A stretch of 64,000 nt of DNA from Octopus sinensis (Eukaryota), in the NCBI RefSeq assembly GCF_006345805.1, contig NC_042998.1:50778001-50842000 (forward strand). The letters are read 5' to 3'. Positions 12,961 through 26,537 of this stretch are shown piece after piece (positions within the stretch are counted from its first letter, which is position 1; each line of letters starts with the position of its first letter). The notes under the pieces are model-generated. The model saw only the letters and a program-made list of their open reading frames with translations. It was not told where the DNA came from and ran no database searches. Position numbers and translations under genes: made by a program.

Positions 12961-13764
12961 AAAGATAAAAGATATAATCCACAGTTCAGTTTTACAGCAG
13001 CTTAATCACTCAGCTCACAGCATTTCTCTCCAATTTCCTCATGCCTTTCATATTAAGTACCAACATCTCAGCACGATGGAGTATTTTGTTTCTTACACAT
13101 ATTTTCTTATGCATTCAGTTTGTCTTTTGCACTAAGACAGAACAAATGCATGACATCAAGAAGCTGCAGCAATGGTGAAATAGATGTATGTTTCTCTCCT
13201 GGTCACTTCTGGGGTGATTTTGTTCTGCCTAGCTTTCAAGTGTATAGTGTTTTTTAATACAATGCATCTATAAAGGGAGTTTTCCAAGATGAAAACCCAC
13301 AGCTTCAGGCCTTTCAGTGGGGTAAGGATAAAACCTCCTTTGGTCATGAATGACCAAGGGATTGCACCCTCCAAGGCACAAGTCCAGACAAGGTTGTTTA
13401 TGGAAGACCAACAGTCACCCATGCATACCACCCTCTCCTCTCCATGCCACCAGTGTTCATTATCATTATCATCATCATCATCATCATTTCACATCCATTG
13501 TCCATGCTGGCATGGGTTGCATGGTTTGACCAGGGTTGGTAAATTGGACAGCTGCACCAGACTCCAGTTTGATTTGGCATGGTTTTCTACAGCTGGATAC
13601 CCTTCCTAATGCTAACCACTCTGAGAGTGTAATGGGTGAGCAGTGGGACTGAACTCCAAACCACATGATGGCAAAACAAGTTTTTTAACTTAACCACACA
13701 ACTGTGCCTGCACACACGTGTTTATATATATGTATGTATATATATATATCTATATCTATCTATC

Positions 13765-13799
<35 letters not shown>

Positions 13800-13935
13800 A
13801 TATATATATCCTTTGTTCATTCAGAGCTGACTGTGTTTCTCCAGCTGTAAAGTTCATCTCTGGAGTGCAAGCCTGCTCAACATTTAATGCAGAAGACAAG
13901 CAATTATGCATGCTACAAATCTCATCCCTCCATAC

Positions 13936-14032
13936 CATGAACACTTCATGAAGCCAGTGCAGCTTGTCTGTACTAATCGTTGAGTCCCCAGGGACAGTTT
14001 GTGCCATTACAGTAAACTCAGAACAATAATAG
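13936..14032 (-). CDS. candidate exon of host gene (YYCSEFTVMAQTVPGDSTISTDKLHWLHEVFM)
   Basis: Acceptor ttttggtatttgtgctag|, donor ATG|GTATGG, phase 2 to 0, compatible with the exon at 7003. Confidence 0.4.
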
Positions 14033-14454
14033 CTAGCACAAATACCAAAAGGCTATTTGTCAATTCTATAACATACCAATTCATGTAGGATTACTTGAAT
14101 GCTCTAACATGCTAACAAATCTGCTAATCCATTGTCCTGGACTGATACGCTATTCTTTTGATCCTTATAAAATGAAGAGTAAAGCTGACCCTGATATGAT
14201 TTGAACTTAGAAAGTAAAGTCAAAACATTATATTGTGTCCAATGCTCTAAATATTCTACTAAACCACAAACCTATGTTATCATTCTCCTTATTAATTCTA
14301 TTTAACTGTTTAGCAATCAGGTTACTTTTTTGATTGTGATGCTTTTATATTCAAATTGTTTTAAATTAACCATGCATTATTTCATAGCTTTGAGATTTCA
14401 ATGATGTGGTTCTTTATTTCTTAGATGAATTTTGTAGAGTAGGTGTGAGAGGTC

Positions 14455-14810
14455 AGATCTTGACAGTCTGGTAGAATACCCAGGTTGCATAAAGACCCCG
14501 TTTGGTCATGAATAGCCATGGGATTGCACCAACAAAGTTACCCACCGAGGCACAAGTCTGGAAGGCCAGCAGTCGCCCATGCATACCAACTTCTTCTCTC
14601 CATACCACTGATGCCTTCCAAGGGAAAGGCAAAAGCCCATGCAGCTTGGCACCAGTGATGTCACGACTCATTTCCACAGCTGAGTGAACTGGGGTAACAT
14701 GAAATAATATGTCTTGCTGAAGAAAACCACACACAGCACAGTCCAGGATTCAAACTCACTACCTCATGATTAGGAGCCCGACACTCTAACCACTGAGCCA
14801 TGCACCTTCC
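14455..14810 (-). mobile_element. tRNA-headed SINE, family D (head TGCATGGCTCAGTGGTTAGAG..GAGTTTGAATCC)
   Basis: A/B boxes on the minus strand; copies at 32257-32520(+), 36380-36850(-, tandem pair), 47935-48225(-). Confidence 0.7.
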
Positions 14811-15270
14811 CTTGGGCCACATACAGTAGTACTAAATGTTAAAGGTTAAGGCAGAGTCAGCAGAATCATAAGCATGCTGAGCAAAATCTTTCACAGCATT
14901 TCGTCTGTCTTTACATTCTGAGTTCAAATACCACCAAAGTCAATTTTGCCTTTCATCTTTCAGAGACGATATAAGTTCCAGTTGAATGCTGGGACTCAGT
15001 GAAAGTGACTTAACCTCTACCCCAAACCTGCTGACTTCATATCAAAATTTAAAACCATTATCAATTGTAATTATTATGCAATAGGTATATTTATCGCCTA
15101 CACTTATTAGATTACCTACAAACTAAACATCATATTTTAGCCTTAGTTAGCCATATGAATGCTTAATATAACTTTATTACCTTTTATAGGTGCAGGTGTC
15201 GCTGTGTGATTAAGAAGTTTGCTTACTAACCACACGGTCCTAGGTTCAATCCCACTGCAGGGCACTTTGA

Positions 15271-15347
15271 GCAAATATCTTCTACTATAACTCTCGGATG
15301 ACTAAATCCTTGTGAATAGATTTGGTAGATGGAAACTGAAAGATGTC

Positions 15348-15379
<32 letters not shown>

Positions 15380-15460
15380 GACAGACATCTTTCAGTTTCC
15401 ACCTGCCAAATCTATTCATAAGGATTGAGCCATCTCAGAGTTATAATAGAAGACATTTGC
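15271..15460. repeat. fold-back of two SINE-B halves around (TA)n
   Basis: GCAAATATCTTCTACTATAAC...GAAAGATGTCTGCC-(TA)n-GACAGACATCTTTC...GTTATAATAGAAGACATTTGC. Confidence 0.85.
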
Positions 15461-16711
15461 TATATATATATATGTATGTATGTATGTATGTATGCATGTA
15501 TGAATGTATGTATGTATGTATGAATGTATGTATGCATGTATGTGTGTATGGATTATGTATTTGTGTGTGTGTGCGCATGTTTGTGTGTGTATGAGTGTGT
15601 AAGTGTAACTGTAAGGTTCTGGTGATCTGATGTGCTAGCTTTCTTTATTTGTATTAATTTGTGAATATGGTATTGTTTGTGTAATACTGAGCATACATAT
15701 TAATGGAAGCATGTATGAATAATTTCTTCCCTATTGAAATTAACACTGCATGGGAAACATTATGAAATGGCCATAATCCTTTGGAATTCACATGGTTAAT
15801 TAAAAACATATTCACTTCTCATACCTTCTAGCATTATGCTTTTATATATTCCACATGAAATAATTTCATTGCTTAGATTTTCTGAATTTTCAGTTATGTG
15901 GACACTCTACATTACACTTCTTTGTAATTGATTACAAAGTAGACTGACAGGCAAGGCTGTAAGAGAAGCTTACTGTGATTATATTAATTCATATCATATA
16001 CTACTCGAAGACCTGTTGAGGCAAGTGAAAATGGACAAAATCAAAAGCAAACTCGATGAACATTAATGGAATTTGTAGTTTTGTGGTACCAGTGCTGGTG
16101 GCACATACGAAAACCATCCGAACGTGGCCGTAGCCAGTATCGCATTGACTGGCCTCCGTGCCGGTGTCACGTAAAAAACACCATCCGAGCGTGGCCGTTT
16201 GCCAGCCTCGTCTGGCACCTGTGTTGGTGGCACATAAAATCACCCACTACACTCTCGGAGTGGTTGGCATTAGGAAGGGCATCCAGCTGTAGAAACACTG
16301 CCAGATCTGACTGGCCTGGTGCAGCCTTTGGGCTTCCCAGACCCCAGTTGAACCGTCCAACCCATGCTAGCATGGAAAGCGGACGTTAAACGATGATGAT
16401 GATGATGATATATATATATATATATGTAACGGGAAGCTTTATGAAAATAGACAAAAGGCGAAGGCAGGTGGAAAACAAACAAACAATTGTATTAGTATGG
16501 CGCTCAGGAAATATAAATAAAACAAGTCTTTAATGTTTCGAGCCTACAGAGTATATATGAATATACATATACAGATATATATATATATATATATATACAC
16601 AGCCACACATGTACATATACATATAGTGAGAATTTACAAAAAACAAAAGACAAAGATGGGTGTGTAAACAACAAACAGATGTATTAGTTTAATGCTTGGG
16701 AAATGAGAAAG

Positions 16712-16749
16712 TCTTTTACACTTCGAGCCTACGCTCTTCGACAGAAAGA
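16712..16749 (-). ncRNA. degenerate minimal type I hammerhead ribozyme
   Basis: Minus strand TCTTT-CTGTCGA-A-GAGC-GTAG-GCTC-GAAG-TGTA-AAAGA; stems I and II intact, core substitutions (CUGUCGA, GAAG); partial second copy at 16525-16547. Confidence 0.5.
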
Positions 16750-18718
16750 AACACAGAAATACAAAGGGAGAAAAAATAGAAAAAGGTTTAGTGGCTAGTG
16801 AGCTATCATGACAAGGAGATAAGGAATATAGAGGGAAATAAGAGAATGAAAGTAGAAATAAAATATAAAACACTGTAGTTGCAGTTCCATTATTTGGGTA
16901 GAGTGGTGTTTAGAAATGGCAAAAAAGTTTCCTGTACATAGTATGTAAGTTCCAATAGTAGTTCATTTTTAGTCATTTCAAAGTATGGAGCCATGGATAC
17001 TTGTGTTGCTCATTGGAAGGGGTTTTATGGTGTGAATGAAAATTTGAGTATGTATTGGTAGTATTTGTGGATAGATAGGTGGGGTGGGGTATGATTAGAA
17101 TGAGGAGATAGGTCACAATGAAGACAGGGAGAGAAAATGAGAGTTAGAAAGAGAAAAAAAGAAAAAGGACTAAAAATAATAAAGAGAGAAGAAAAAGTGA
17201 AAAAAAGAAACGGTGAAAGAAGTGAGAAAAGGAGTGTTAGTTGGTGGTCAAGATAACGTGAGGGAAGGATGGGGGAGGAGTGGATGGGAAGAGATAAGAA
17301 GGTAAGGAGTGAATAAGTGTGAGATATGTGAGTAGGGGTGATATGAAAGGGTTGCATTAAAGGATGGGTAGAGAAAAGGTATGGGTGAGATGATACCAAA
17401 GTGAGTAGTAGTTTTAGTAGTAAAATTTAAAGTGGAGGGAAGAATACAAGGGTGTCAAATTTCTATAAATAGGTGTATGTGATAGGTTAGTGTGATAGGT
17501 AGGAATCATAGAGGAGGAAAGAAGGTATAATGACATACGTACACATGTGCACACATGTACATATACATGTGCACATATGCATACATACATAAACACACAC
17601 ACACACACATATACATTTATATACATACAGGCATAGTAGTGGCTATGTAGCTTGCTTATCAACCACATGGTTCCAGGTTCAGTCCCACTACATGGCACCT
17701 TGAGCAAGTGTCTTCTACTCTAGCCTCGGGCTGACCAAAGGCTTGTGAGTAGATTTGGTAGATGGAAACTGAAAGAAGCCCGTCGTATATATGTTGGCAT
17801 TAGGAAGGGCATCCAGCTGTAGAAACACTGCCAGAGCAGACTGGAGCCTGGTGCAGCCCCCTGCCTTCCCAGACCCCGGTCAAACCGTCCAACCCATGCT
17901 AGGATGGAAAACGGACGTTAAACGATGATGATGATGAGGAGAATATATATATATGTGTGTGTGTGTGTGTATGTTTGTGTGTCTGTGTTTGTCCCTGCAA
18001 CATTGCTTAACAACCGATGCTGGTGTGTTTACATCCTCGTAACTTAGCAGTTCGGCAAAAGAGACCAATAGAATAAGTACTAGGCTTACAAAGTATAAGT
18101 CCTGGGGTTCATTTGCTTGACTAAAAAAAGGCAGTGCTCCAGCATGGCCACAGTCAAATGACTTATTTTTATCACTCTCTTTTGCCGAACCCCTAAGTTA
18201 TGGGGACATAAACACACCACCATCGGTTGTCAAGCGATGTTGGGGGGCAAACACAGACACACAAACATATACACATACATACATATAGATATACATATAT
18301 ATGACGAGCTTTTTTCAGTTTCCGTCTACCAAATCCACTCACAAGGCTTTGGTCAGCTTGAGGCTATAGTAGAAGACACTTGCCCAAGGTGCCACGCAAT
18401 GGGAATGAACTCAGAACCATGTGGTTGGTAAGCAAACTACTTACCACACAGCCACTCCTGCGCCTCATATATATATATATATATATGAATGCATGTCTGT
18501 GTGTGAATGTTTATATTTTTTTTATCATGGCATCATGTGATTGCTGTAAATGAATGCCACTCATTTTCAACATTCTGGGAAAAACATGTGGCCATGGGGA
18601 AATATTACCTTGCTTGGATACAAATTAGGGTTTACTGACAGGAAAGGCATCATCCAGCTGTAGGAAATATGCCTCAAACACTCCATCCAAGCCATACTGG
18701 CATGGAAAACTTAAAACA

Positions 18719-18860
18719 ATGATGACGACAACGATGACGATGATGATGATGATGAGTACAATGATGATGATAATGATGCTGCTGCTGATAATGATGGTGA
18801 TGGTGATGATGATAGTGATGATGATGATGATGATGATGATGGTAGTGATGATGATGGTAG

Positions 18861-18908
<48 letters not shown>

Positions 18909-18965
18909 CTGTGATGATGATGATAGCAGTGATGATGATGATGACAATGACAATGATGATGACAA
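18719..18965. repeat. degenerate (GAT)n microsatellite
   Basis: Direct reading; explains the poly-I/S/M ORFs. Confidence 0.95.
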
Positions 18966-21386
18966 CGAGTCCTTTTACTGCCAAGTACACCTGAGGATCT
19001 ATCAATGTTGCGTAAGAGGAAGGCTAGATGCAGTATATCAAAGTGGTTGTATTTCGTTTCGGCAGTTCACCTAAAAGCAATATTATGGGAAAAAAGGTCA
19101 CTGGTATGGAATGATTAAAAAGAAACCTATTGACTTCAGCTCCGAGGAAAAACATTATACAACGAATTATGAAGTGCAATGTAAATTGTGGCAAATGAGG
19201 CATATTAAAAGGTTTTATCAGAATTTGTAACGAACTAAAAAGTAAAGGCTTGCTGATTAATGTTTGATGGAACCATAACACTTTAAGCTTCATGATGTGT
19301 TCTTTCATTAATATTCTTTTTTTTTATTAGAACCAAGAAGTGTTCGTAAAATTTTTAAGAGAACTGATGAAAAACAATTTTGATATTAGGATTCTTTCTC
19401 ATTTTTTTGTTTTGTCCTTTTTATCAACCTTTTTTTTTTGTGCCTTGAAGACTGTAGGATTCAAATCATTAAGTGGTACAAAAAAACAAAAGAAAAGAAG
19501 TAGGGAAAAGAACAACAAATATATCATCAAATCACCAGAGATTGTGAGGTGTAACACTTGCAGTGACTTTGAGCTGATAATCCATTAAAACTGGGTCATG
19601 TTACGTCAACCAAACTGTGTGTCTGTCAGTCTGACAGTCCATCTCTCCATCTGTCTGTCTGTCTGTCTGTATATATATGAAGGAGGTTGAAGGAATCAGG
19701 AGTAGACATGGGATGAGGTGGTCAAGCATGACCTTTGAACGGTGAGCCTCACAGAGGCAATAACAAAAGGCTGAGACCTCTGGAGCTATGTTGTGATTGC
19801 GAAGACCCGGCAAATAAAGTGAGTTCATGGCTGTATCCTACACCAGTTATGCATCACCAGCCCCAGCCCATTCAAAGTACCTTGGATCATAGTGTGACAT
19901 GCTGTGCTTGGGGAGACCTATTGAGTCAAGTACATCAACATCAAAATGAAAACCAAATGGAAATTGTAGTTGTGATACCCATCCCGGTGGCACGTAAAAA
20001 GCACCATCCAAACATGGCTGATACCAGCACCGCCTTGAATGGCTTCTGTGCCAGTGGCACATAAAAAGCACCAACCGATCATGACCATTGCCAGCCTCCT
20101 CTGGCTCCTGTGCTGGTGGAAGGTAAAAAGCACCCACTACACTCACGGAGTGGTTGGCATTAGGCAGGGCATCCAGCTGTAGAAACACTGTCAGATCAGA
20201 CTGGAGCCTGGCACAGCCTCCTGGCTTCCCAGATCCTGGTCAAACTGTCCAAAATGTAAACAAAAATAATTCAAAATGTAAACAATAATAAACCATAGAA
20301 TGAATTTTTATTTTTCAAAATGAAACAAAATTCAGAGTAGGATGCAAAATAAAGTTAATTTTTGTATGCTTCCATTGTATTTATATTTGAAAAGTTTTCT
20401 CCCTCGTTTTGTTCTTTTAATTGCAAAGTGTTGGATGATATCATTAAAATTAATTTTATGTAAAACTTCTGTTTCTATACTTACTTCTATAAGGCATTAC
20501 GAATATTATTTTAGTAAGCTTAAAGTGATTTCTTTTGTGCCGTAAACCATTTTCATTCGTGTGGTTCCCCCATCCCTTGATGTCTTAAGCACATGCTTAT
20601 TTTCTTTGATGGGTTAATCCAGAGCTACTTGAGGCTGTGCTCATCTCCTGATTCTGCAGCAAGAGGTAGTGAAATGATATTCCTTTAGATATGAAGCTAG
20701 TCTATTACAATTAAAATATTTTCTATGGGACAAACTAGATTTAGTGTTGTCAACTAAGCATTTCTTATTTCCATTGTGCTGCCACTTACTATACCACTTA
20801 CAGTACCAATACCTACAGGGGTTTGGGCTAGTTTCATCTCCACTATAAACAAAAAAATAGTACAGATTTGTGAGGCATGACAAAAAGAAGCTCATCAATT
20901 CAAGAAGCTTTTACATAATTCATCCTGCTAAGGGCAGAAGGTCTGAAATTTGGTGGGAGAGGACAAGTCGATTACATCAACCCCAGTGTTTCACTGGTAC
21001 TAAATATATTAACCCCGAAAGGACGAAAGGCAAAGCTGAGTTTGGCAGAATTTGAACTCAAAACACAGACATGGATGAAATGCTGCTAAGAATTTTGCCC
21101 ATCATGGTAACGATACTAAATGAGCTAGAGAAAGTGGGTCCAGGAATCACTGATGTAAAGTCAAACAATTTCATGATGAGAATGAGCTGGAACTATTGTT
21201 TGTAGCTTACACCAAACTACAAAAGTCTGACAGTATTTTCCTGGGCAATGGCTGCACTGGTGATGGAGCTGTCAGCCACAGTCAGGCTGGGGACAGAGAC
21301 AACAAACACTCAAAAGCATTTTGTCACGGAGACTAGAACCAGGGACAAAAGCAGATGAAATTTTCACAGCATTATTTATACAGCTA

Positions 21387-21698
21387 GGATGCGCAATGGC
21401 CCAGTGGTTAGGGCAGCGGACTCGTGGTTGGAGGATCGCAGTTTTGATTCCCAGACCGGCCGTTGAGTGTGTTTATTGAGCAAAAACACCTAAAGCTACA
21501 CGAGGCTCTGGCAGGGGGGGGGCGACCCCTGTTGTACCCTTTCACCCAAACTTTCTCTCACTGTTTCTTCCTGTTTCTTGAGTAACGCTGCGATGGACTG
21601 GCGTCCCATCCAGCTGGGGGGAACACATGCGCCATAGAAACCGGGAAACCGGGCCCATGAGCCTGGCTAGGCTTGAAAAGGGCACATAAATAAAAAAA
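21387..21698 (+). mobile_element. tRNA-derived SINE, family A
   Basis: Homologous to 7712-8023; imperfect TSD ATT(T/C)ATACAGCT (21374-21385 / 21699-21710). Confidence 0.85.
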
Positions 21699-22156
21699 AT
21701 TCATACAGCTCATTTATACATAATAATATTACTACACACACAGACATCCTGACTGTATCCAAATGAAGGCCTTCTGACTGATTGGTATAAATTCACTGAC
21801 CGGCATGCTATGGTCACTAACTCACAAACATACTGTTTCTTCTTCTTGACTATTTTATCACTGCTTCACTGGCTTCTATTTTGGATTTAGTTACTTGCAT
21901 ATTCCATTTAATTAGCTTCATCTGATCCATAAGTCAGGGCCATCTTAGCATTATAGGCCGCTAGGTGTATCAGTGCACTGGGCCCTATGGTATTTAGCTA
22001 CTGACAGTAAGCCACAGTGTATCTGGCACTCTACTGGTTATGGCAACAAGTGATCAATCAAACAGCCCATTTGTGAGATTAATGTGCAAGTGGCTGAGTA
22101 CTCCACAGACATGTGTACCCTTAACATAGTTCTCAGGGAGATTCAGTGTAACGTAC

Positions 22157-22720
22157 AATGACAATGTCAACAATGATGATGATGACAATGATGATGATGA
22201 TGATGATAACAGTGAAGTTGGTAGTGCTAAGGACATTGATGATGATGGTGATGACAACGATGATGATGATGACGATGATGACGATGGTGAAGATAACAAC
22301 GATGATGACAGCATCAAATATGATGATGATGATGATAACGGTGAAGTTGGTGGTGGTGAGGACATTGACGATGATGGTGATGACGATGATGATGACGATG
22401 ACGATGATGATGGTGAAGATAACAATGATGATGACAGCATCAAGTATGATGATGACGATGATGATGACAGTGAAGTTGGTGGTAGTGCAGTTACTGATGA
22501 TGATGATGACGACAATGATGATGGCGATGATAATGATGATGAAGATAATGATGATGACAGCATCAACAACGAAGAGGACAGCGATGATGATGTTGACGAC
22601 GATGATGATGAAGATGATGACGATGATGCTGCTGCTGCCACCGCCAATGATGACGATAATGGTGATGATGGTGATGAGAGTTGTAATCATATTTGTAGTG
22701 GTGATTGTAGTGGCAGTGAT
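22157..22720. repeat. 129-bp higher-order repeat embedded in (GAT)n
   Basis: GTGAAGTTGG recurs at 22212, 22341 and 22470 (period 129). Confidence 0.85.
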
Positions 22721-23259
22721 AACAAAAGTACTGGTACTGGTGCCTGAGTGGGGGGTGGTGGTGGTATTGATACGTAATAGGATATACATAGAGAATGGGT
22801 GCTGCATGAGTTATGATGAAACACAGACCCTGAATACCTGAAAGACATGACAATTGTCTCTCCGACCCAACACTAAATGCATAGGGGTGAAATGATTGCC
22901 GTAACATGATTATGTGTGTGTGTGTGAAAGAGAGAGAGAGAGAATGTATGTAAGCATATGTGTGTGTGTGTTTGTGTGTGTATGTGAGAGATGTGAGTCA
23001 TTTGGTATTATAGCGGTCACGTGACAATAACATGGAACACAGTGATGAGAAACATAACAACGATGATGACAATGATGGTGGTGGTGAATGTAAAAGTTTT
23101 ACTGAGAATGGTGAAAAATACATTTGAGTTTTTTTTCACTAACTTCTTAAATGTTGTAATTGAAAATAAGGAAACTATGAAAATAATATTAATGTTAATA
23201 ATAAAACTCCAAATAAAGTCAAAATTTTCAAAAAATTATAAAATAAAAATATGTATGTG

Positions 23260-23698
23260 TGTGTGCATATAGATGTATGTATATATATATATACACACAT
23301 ACACATATATATATGTATACACATATACATATGCATATATATGTGTATATATGTACATATATATATATATATGTATATATTTATTGTAAAGAATATATAT
23401 ATATATATATGTGTATATATATATATGTATATATATATATGTACATTTTTATACAGAAATGAAAACAAGAAATTAAAAAAACACAGCAAGAATTTCAAAG
23501 ACCTGGTAAAATTGTGGCGCCATTCTATTAGTTACTGGAAAGAAAACTGGAAATGGTAATGTCTTCTTTCTATGCTACCAAGAAGAGAGAATTTAGAATT
23601 TTCTAGAATCACCTATCATTGCCAGATAACATTTCCATTTTCTCTTTTATTAATTCTTTTGAAATGTCTCCTTTTAATTTTATTATATTTTTTGTTGA

Positions 23699-23776
<78 letters not shown>

Positions 23777-24096
23777 TGTATGTGTTTGAGTGCGTGTTCA
23801 TGTGTTTAGATTTACAAAAAAATGTTTGGAGAAATTGAAATCAACATAGACAAAACAGCAGTTATGAAAAAAATAAAAACAATGCCAATGACAACGTTTC
23901 ACATGTATGCATGTATATATATATATATAATATATGTACTATTCAAATATATCTTACATATTTACACCCATGTGTGTATATATATATATAATATATATAT
24001 ATATTATATATATATATGTATGTATATATATATATATATACATATACACACACAAACATATATATATGTGCATGTGAATGTATATATGTATATATA

Positions 24097-24155
<59 letters not shown>

Positions 24156-24214
24156 ATGTGTGTGTATATATATTGTATTTATATATATATATATTGTATG
24201 TATATATATATGTT

Positions 24215-24256
<42 letters not shown>

Positions 24257-24340
24257 ATTTGTACATATATATATATATATTATATATATATATATATGTA
24301 TTATATGTTTATATATATTGTATGTGTATGTGTATGTGCT
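23260..24340. repeat. (TA)n/(TG)n compound microsatellite field
   Basis: Direct reading. Confidence 0.9.
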
Positions 24341-24517
24341 CACAAAAGAAAAGTATTGTTTATGTTGTTTGCCTAGAAAACATATATTACCTCGTAAAAA
24401 CAAAATCAATGTTTTGCTTAATAGCTAAAACAAAGACAGGAAAAACATGCACGCTCACACACACACACACACACACACAAATACACACAAGCCCACACAT
24501 ACAAATGCATACACATA

Positions 24518-25115
24518 CACACACACACACATGCACACAAATGCACAACAGAACTCTTTACAGTGAAATAAAAGTATCTTCTCAGCTTGGTTAAACCTGT
24601 TGATTACAATCGACCCCTGTTGTAAACCCCTGCAATTGCAGATGCTAATTTTGGTTTAGAAAGTAAAAAGGACGCAAGAAGAAGAAGAAAAATAAAATCT
24701 AATTTCTATACTAGAATACGGTTGCCATGTCTGTGATTATGCACAAGTGTACAAACACACACACCTGTGTGCATACATGCACACATACACATGAAGAAAT
24801 CTCAGATTGTCCGAGAAAGGAACCCTTGGCTGACTAAACTGCTTTCAGAAAGTTCTTTGAGTTGATAAAAGGGCTCGGAAACCAAGGGCATCTTTTTTGA
24901 ATTGAGAATGAATTCCAAGTGCATAAAAACATGTGTGTGAGTGCAGTTGTACTTAGGAAAATAAGGACTCTTTCGAAACCAAAATTAGCATCTGCAATTG
25001 CAGGGGTTTACAACAGGGGTCGATTGTAATCAACAGGTTTAACCAAGCTGAGAAGATACTTTTATTTCACTGTAGAGAGTTCTGTTGTGCATTTGTGTGC
25101 ATGTGTGTGTGTGTG
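24518..25115. repeat. inverted repeat, 146-bp arms (24518-24663 / 24970-25115), 306-bp spacer
   Basis: Arms are reverse complements with 2 mismatches by manual comparison. Confidence 0.9.
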
Positions 25116-25558
25116 CATGTGAGTATGTATGCATTCGTGTGTGTGCACATGTGTGTATGTATGTATTTGTGTGCATGTATGTTTGTGCATGTCTGTGTTT
25201 ATGTGTATGTATGCATTCGTGTGTGTGCACGCATGTGTGTATATGTATGCATTTGTGTGCATGTGTGTATGTATGCATTTGTGTGTGTATGCGCATGTGT
25301 ATATGTATGCATTTGTGTGTGTGTGCGTATGTATGTCTTCATGTGTGTGTATACATCTGTGTATGTGTGTGTGTGTGTATATTCTTTTACACATTTCAGT
25401 CATTTGATTGTGGCCATGCTGGAGCACCACTTTAAAGGGTTTTAGTCAAAGAATTCAACCCCAGGACTTATTCTTTATAAGCCTATTACAAGGACATAAA
25501 CACACCAATATCAGTTGCCAAGCAAAAGTTGGGGACAAACACAGACAATATATATATA

Positions 25559-26079
25559 TTAAATAGTCCGGAAAGTTCTGAGTGTTTTTAAGCTAAATAT
25601 TTAAATGCTTCCTCGAACACAGTTAAAACTTTGGTGTTGCTTGAAATGGTAGAGCATCTCTTCTCTGTTCCTCACTAAAAATAGATCTATCTTTCTTTCT
25701 GGTTACCCTTTATTGACATTTGAAATGGATAACCCAAAATTTCATATTCACGTTGTAATGGTTTTCTTTTTTAATAAACGAGAAAATGCTGGAAAGACTT
25801 GCAAACACATTTGTGAAGTTTACGGTGATTATGTTGCAGGTGAATCAACTGTTTGAAGGTGGTTTGCAAAATTTAAAGATGGAGAGTTTAGCTTGGAAGA
25901 TGACAGTCACAGTGGAAGACTTTCAAAATTGGATGCAGATGTTTTGAAGGCAAAAATTGAAGAAAACTCAAATATCATTAGAGAATTTGCAGAGGAGTTG
26001 GAAGTTTCTAAAAGTATGGTTCAGGTAGTATATCTCTTTTTGCATATCAAAAAGCGCTCGGAACTTTCCAGATAATCTA

Positions 26080-26080
<1 letters not shown>
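25559..26080 (+). mobile_element. internally deleted mariner element
   Basis: ~30-bp TIRs (TTAAATAGTCCGGAAAGTTCTGAG / CTCGGAACTTTCCAGATAATCTAA), TA TSD, N-terminal transposase remnant (..WFAKFKDGEFSLEDDSHSGR..). Confidence 0.85.
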
Positions 26081-26117
<37 letters not shown>

Positions 26118-26363
26118 ACATACACACACACACATATGAATGACTTCTTTGAGTCCCCGTCTACCAAATCCACTCACAAGGCTTTGGTCAGCCCAAGACT
26201 ATAGTAGAAGACACTTATCCAACTTGCCACACAGTGGGACTGAACCCAGAACCATGTGGTTGGGAAGTGAGCTTCTGACCACATGACCATGCCTGCACCC
26301 ATATACTTAATTTTTATGTATCTAGTTTGCAAGATTCTTTATGCAAATGCATGTGTTGAAACA

Positions 26364-26395
<32 letters not shown>

Positions 26396-26537
26396 ATGCG
26401 TGTGTATGTGTGTGTGTTTGTGTGTGTGTCCTCACTACTGCTTGAGAATCAGTGTTCGTGTATTTATGTTCCTGTAACTTAGCAGTTCAGCATAAGAGAC
26501 CAATACAATAAGTACCAAGCTTAAAAATAAATATGAA

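Noticed and set aside
20641-20898. ORF 20641-20898 as a host-gene exon
   Set aside because: There is a good acceptor at 20842 but several competing donors and frames; at most a short exon, not resolvable from sequence.
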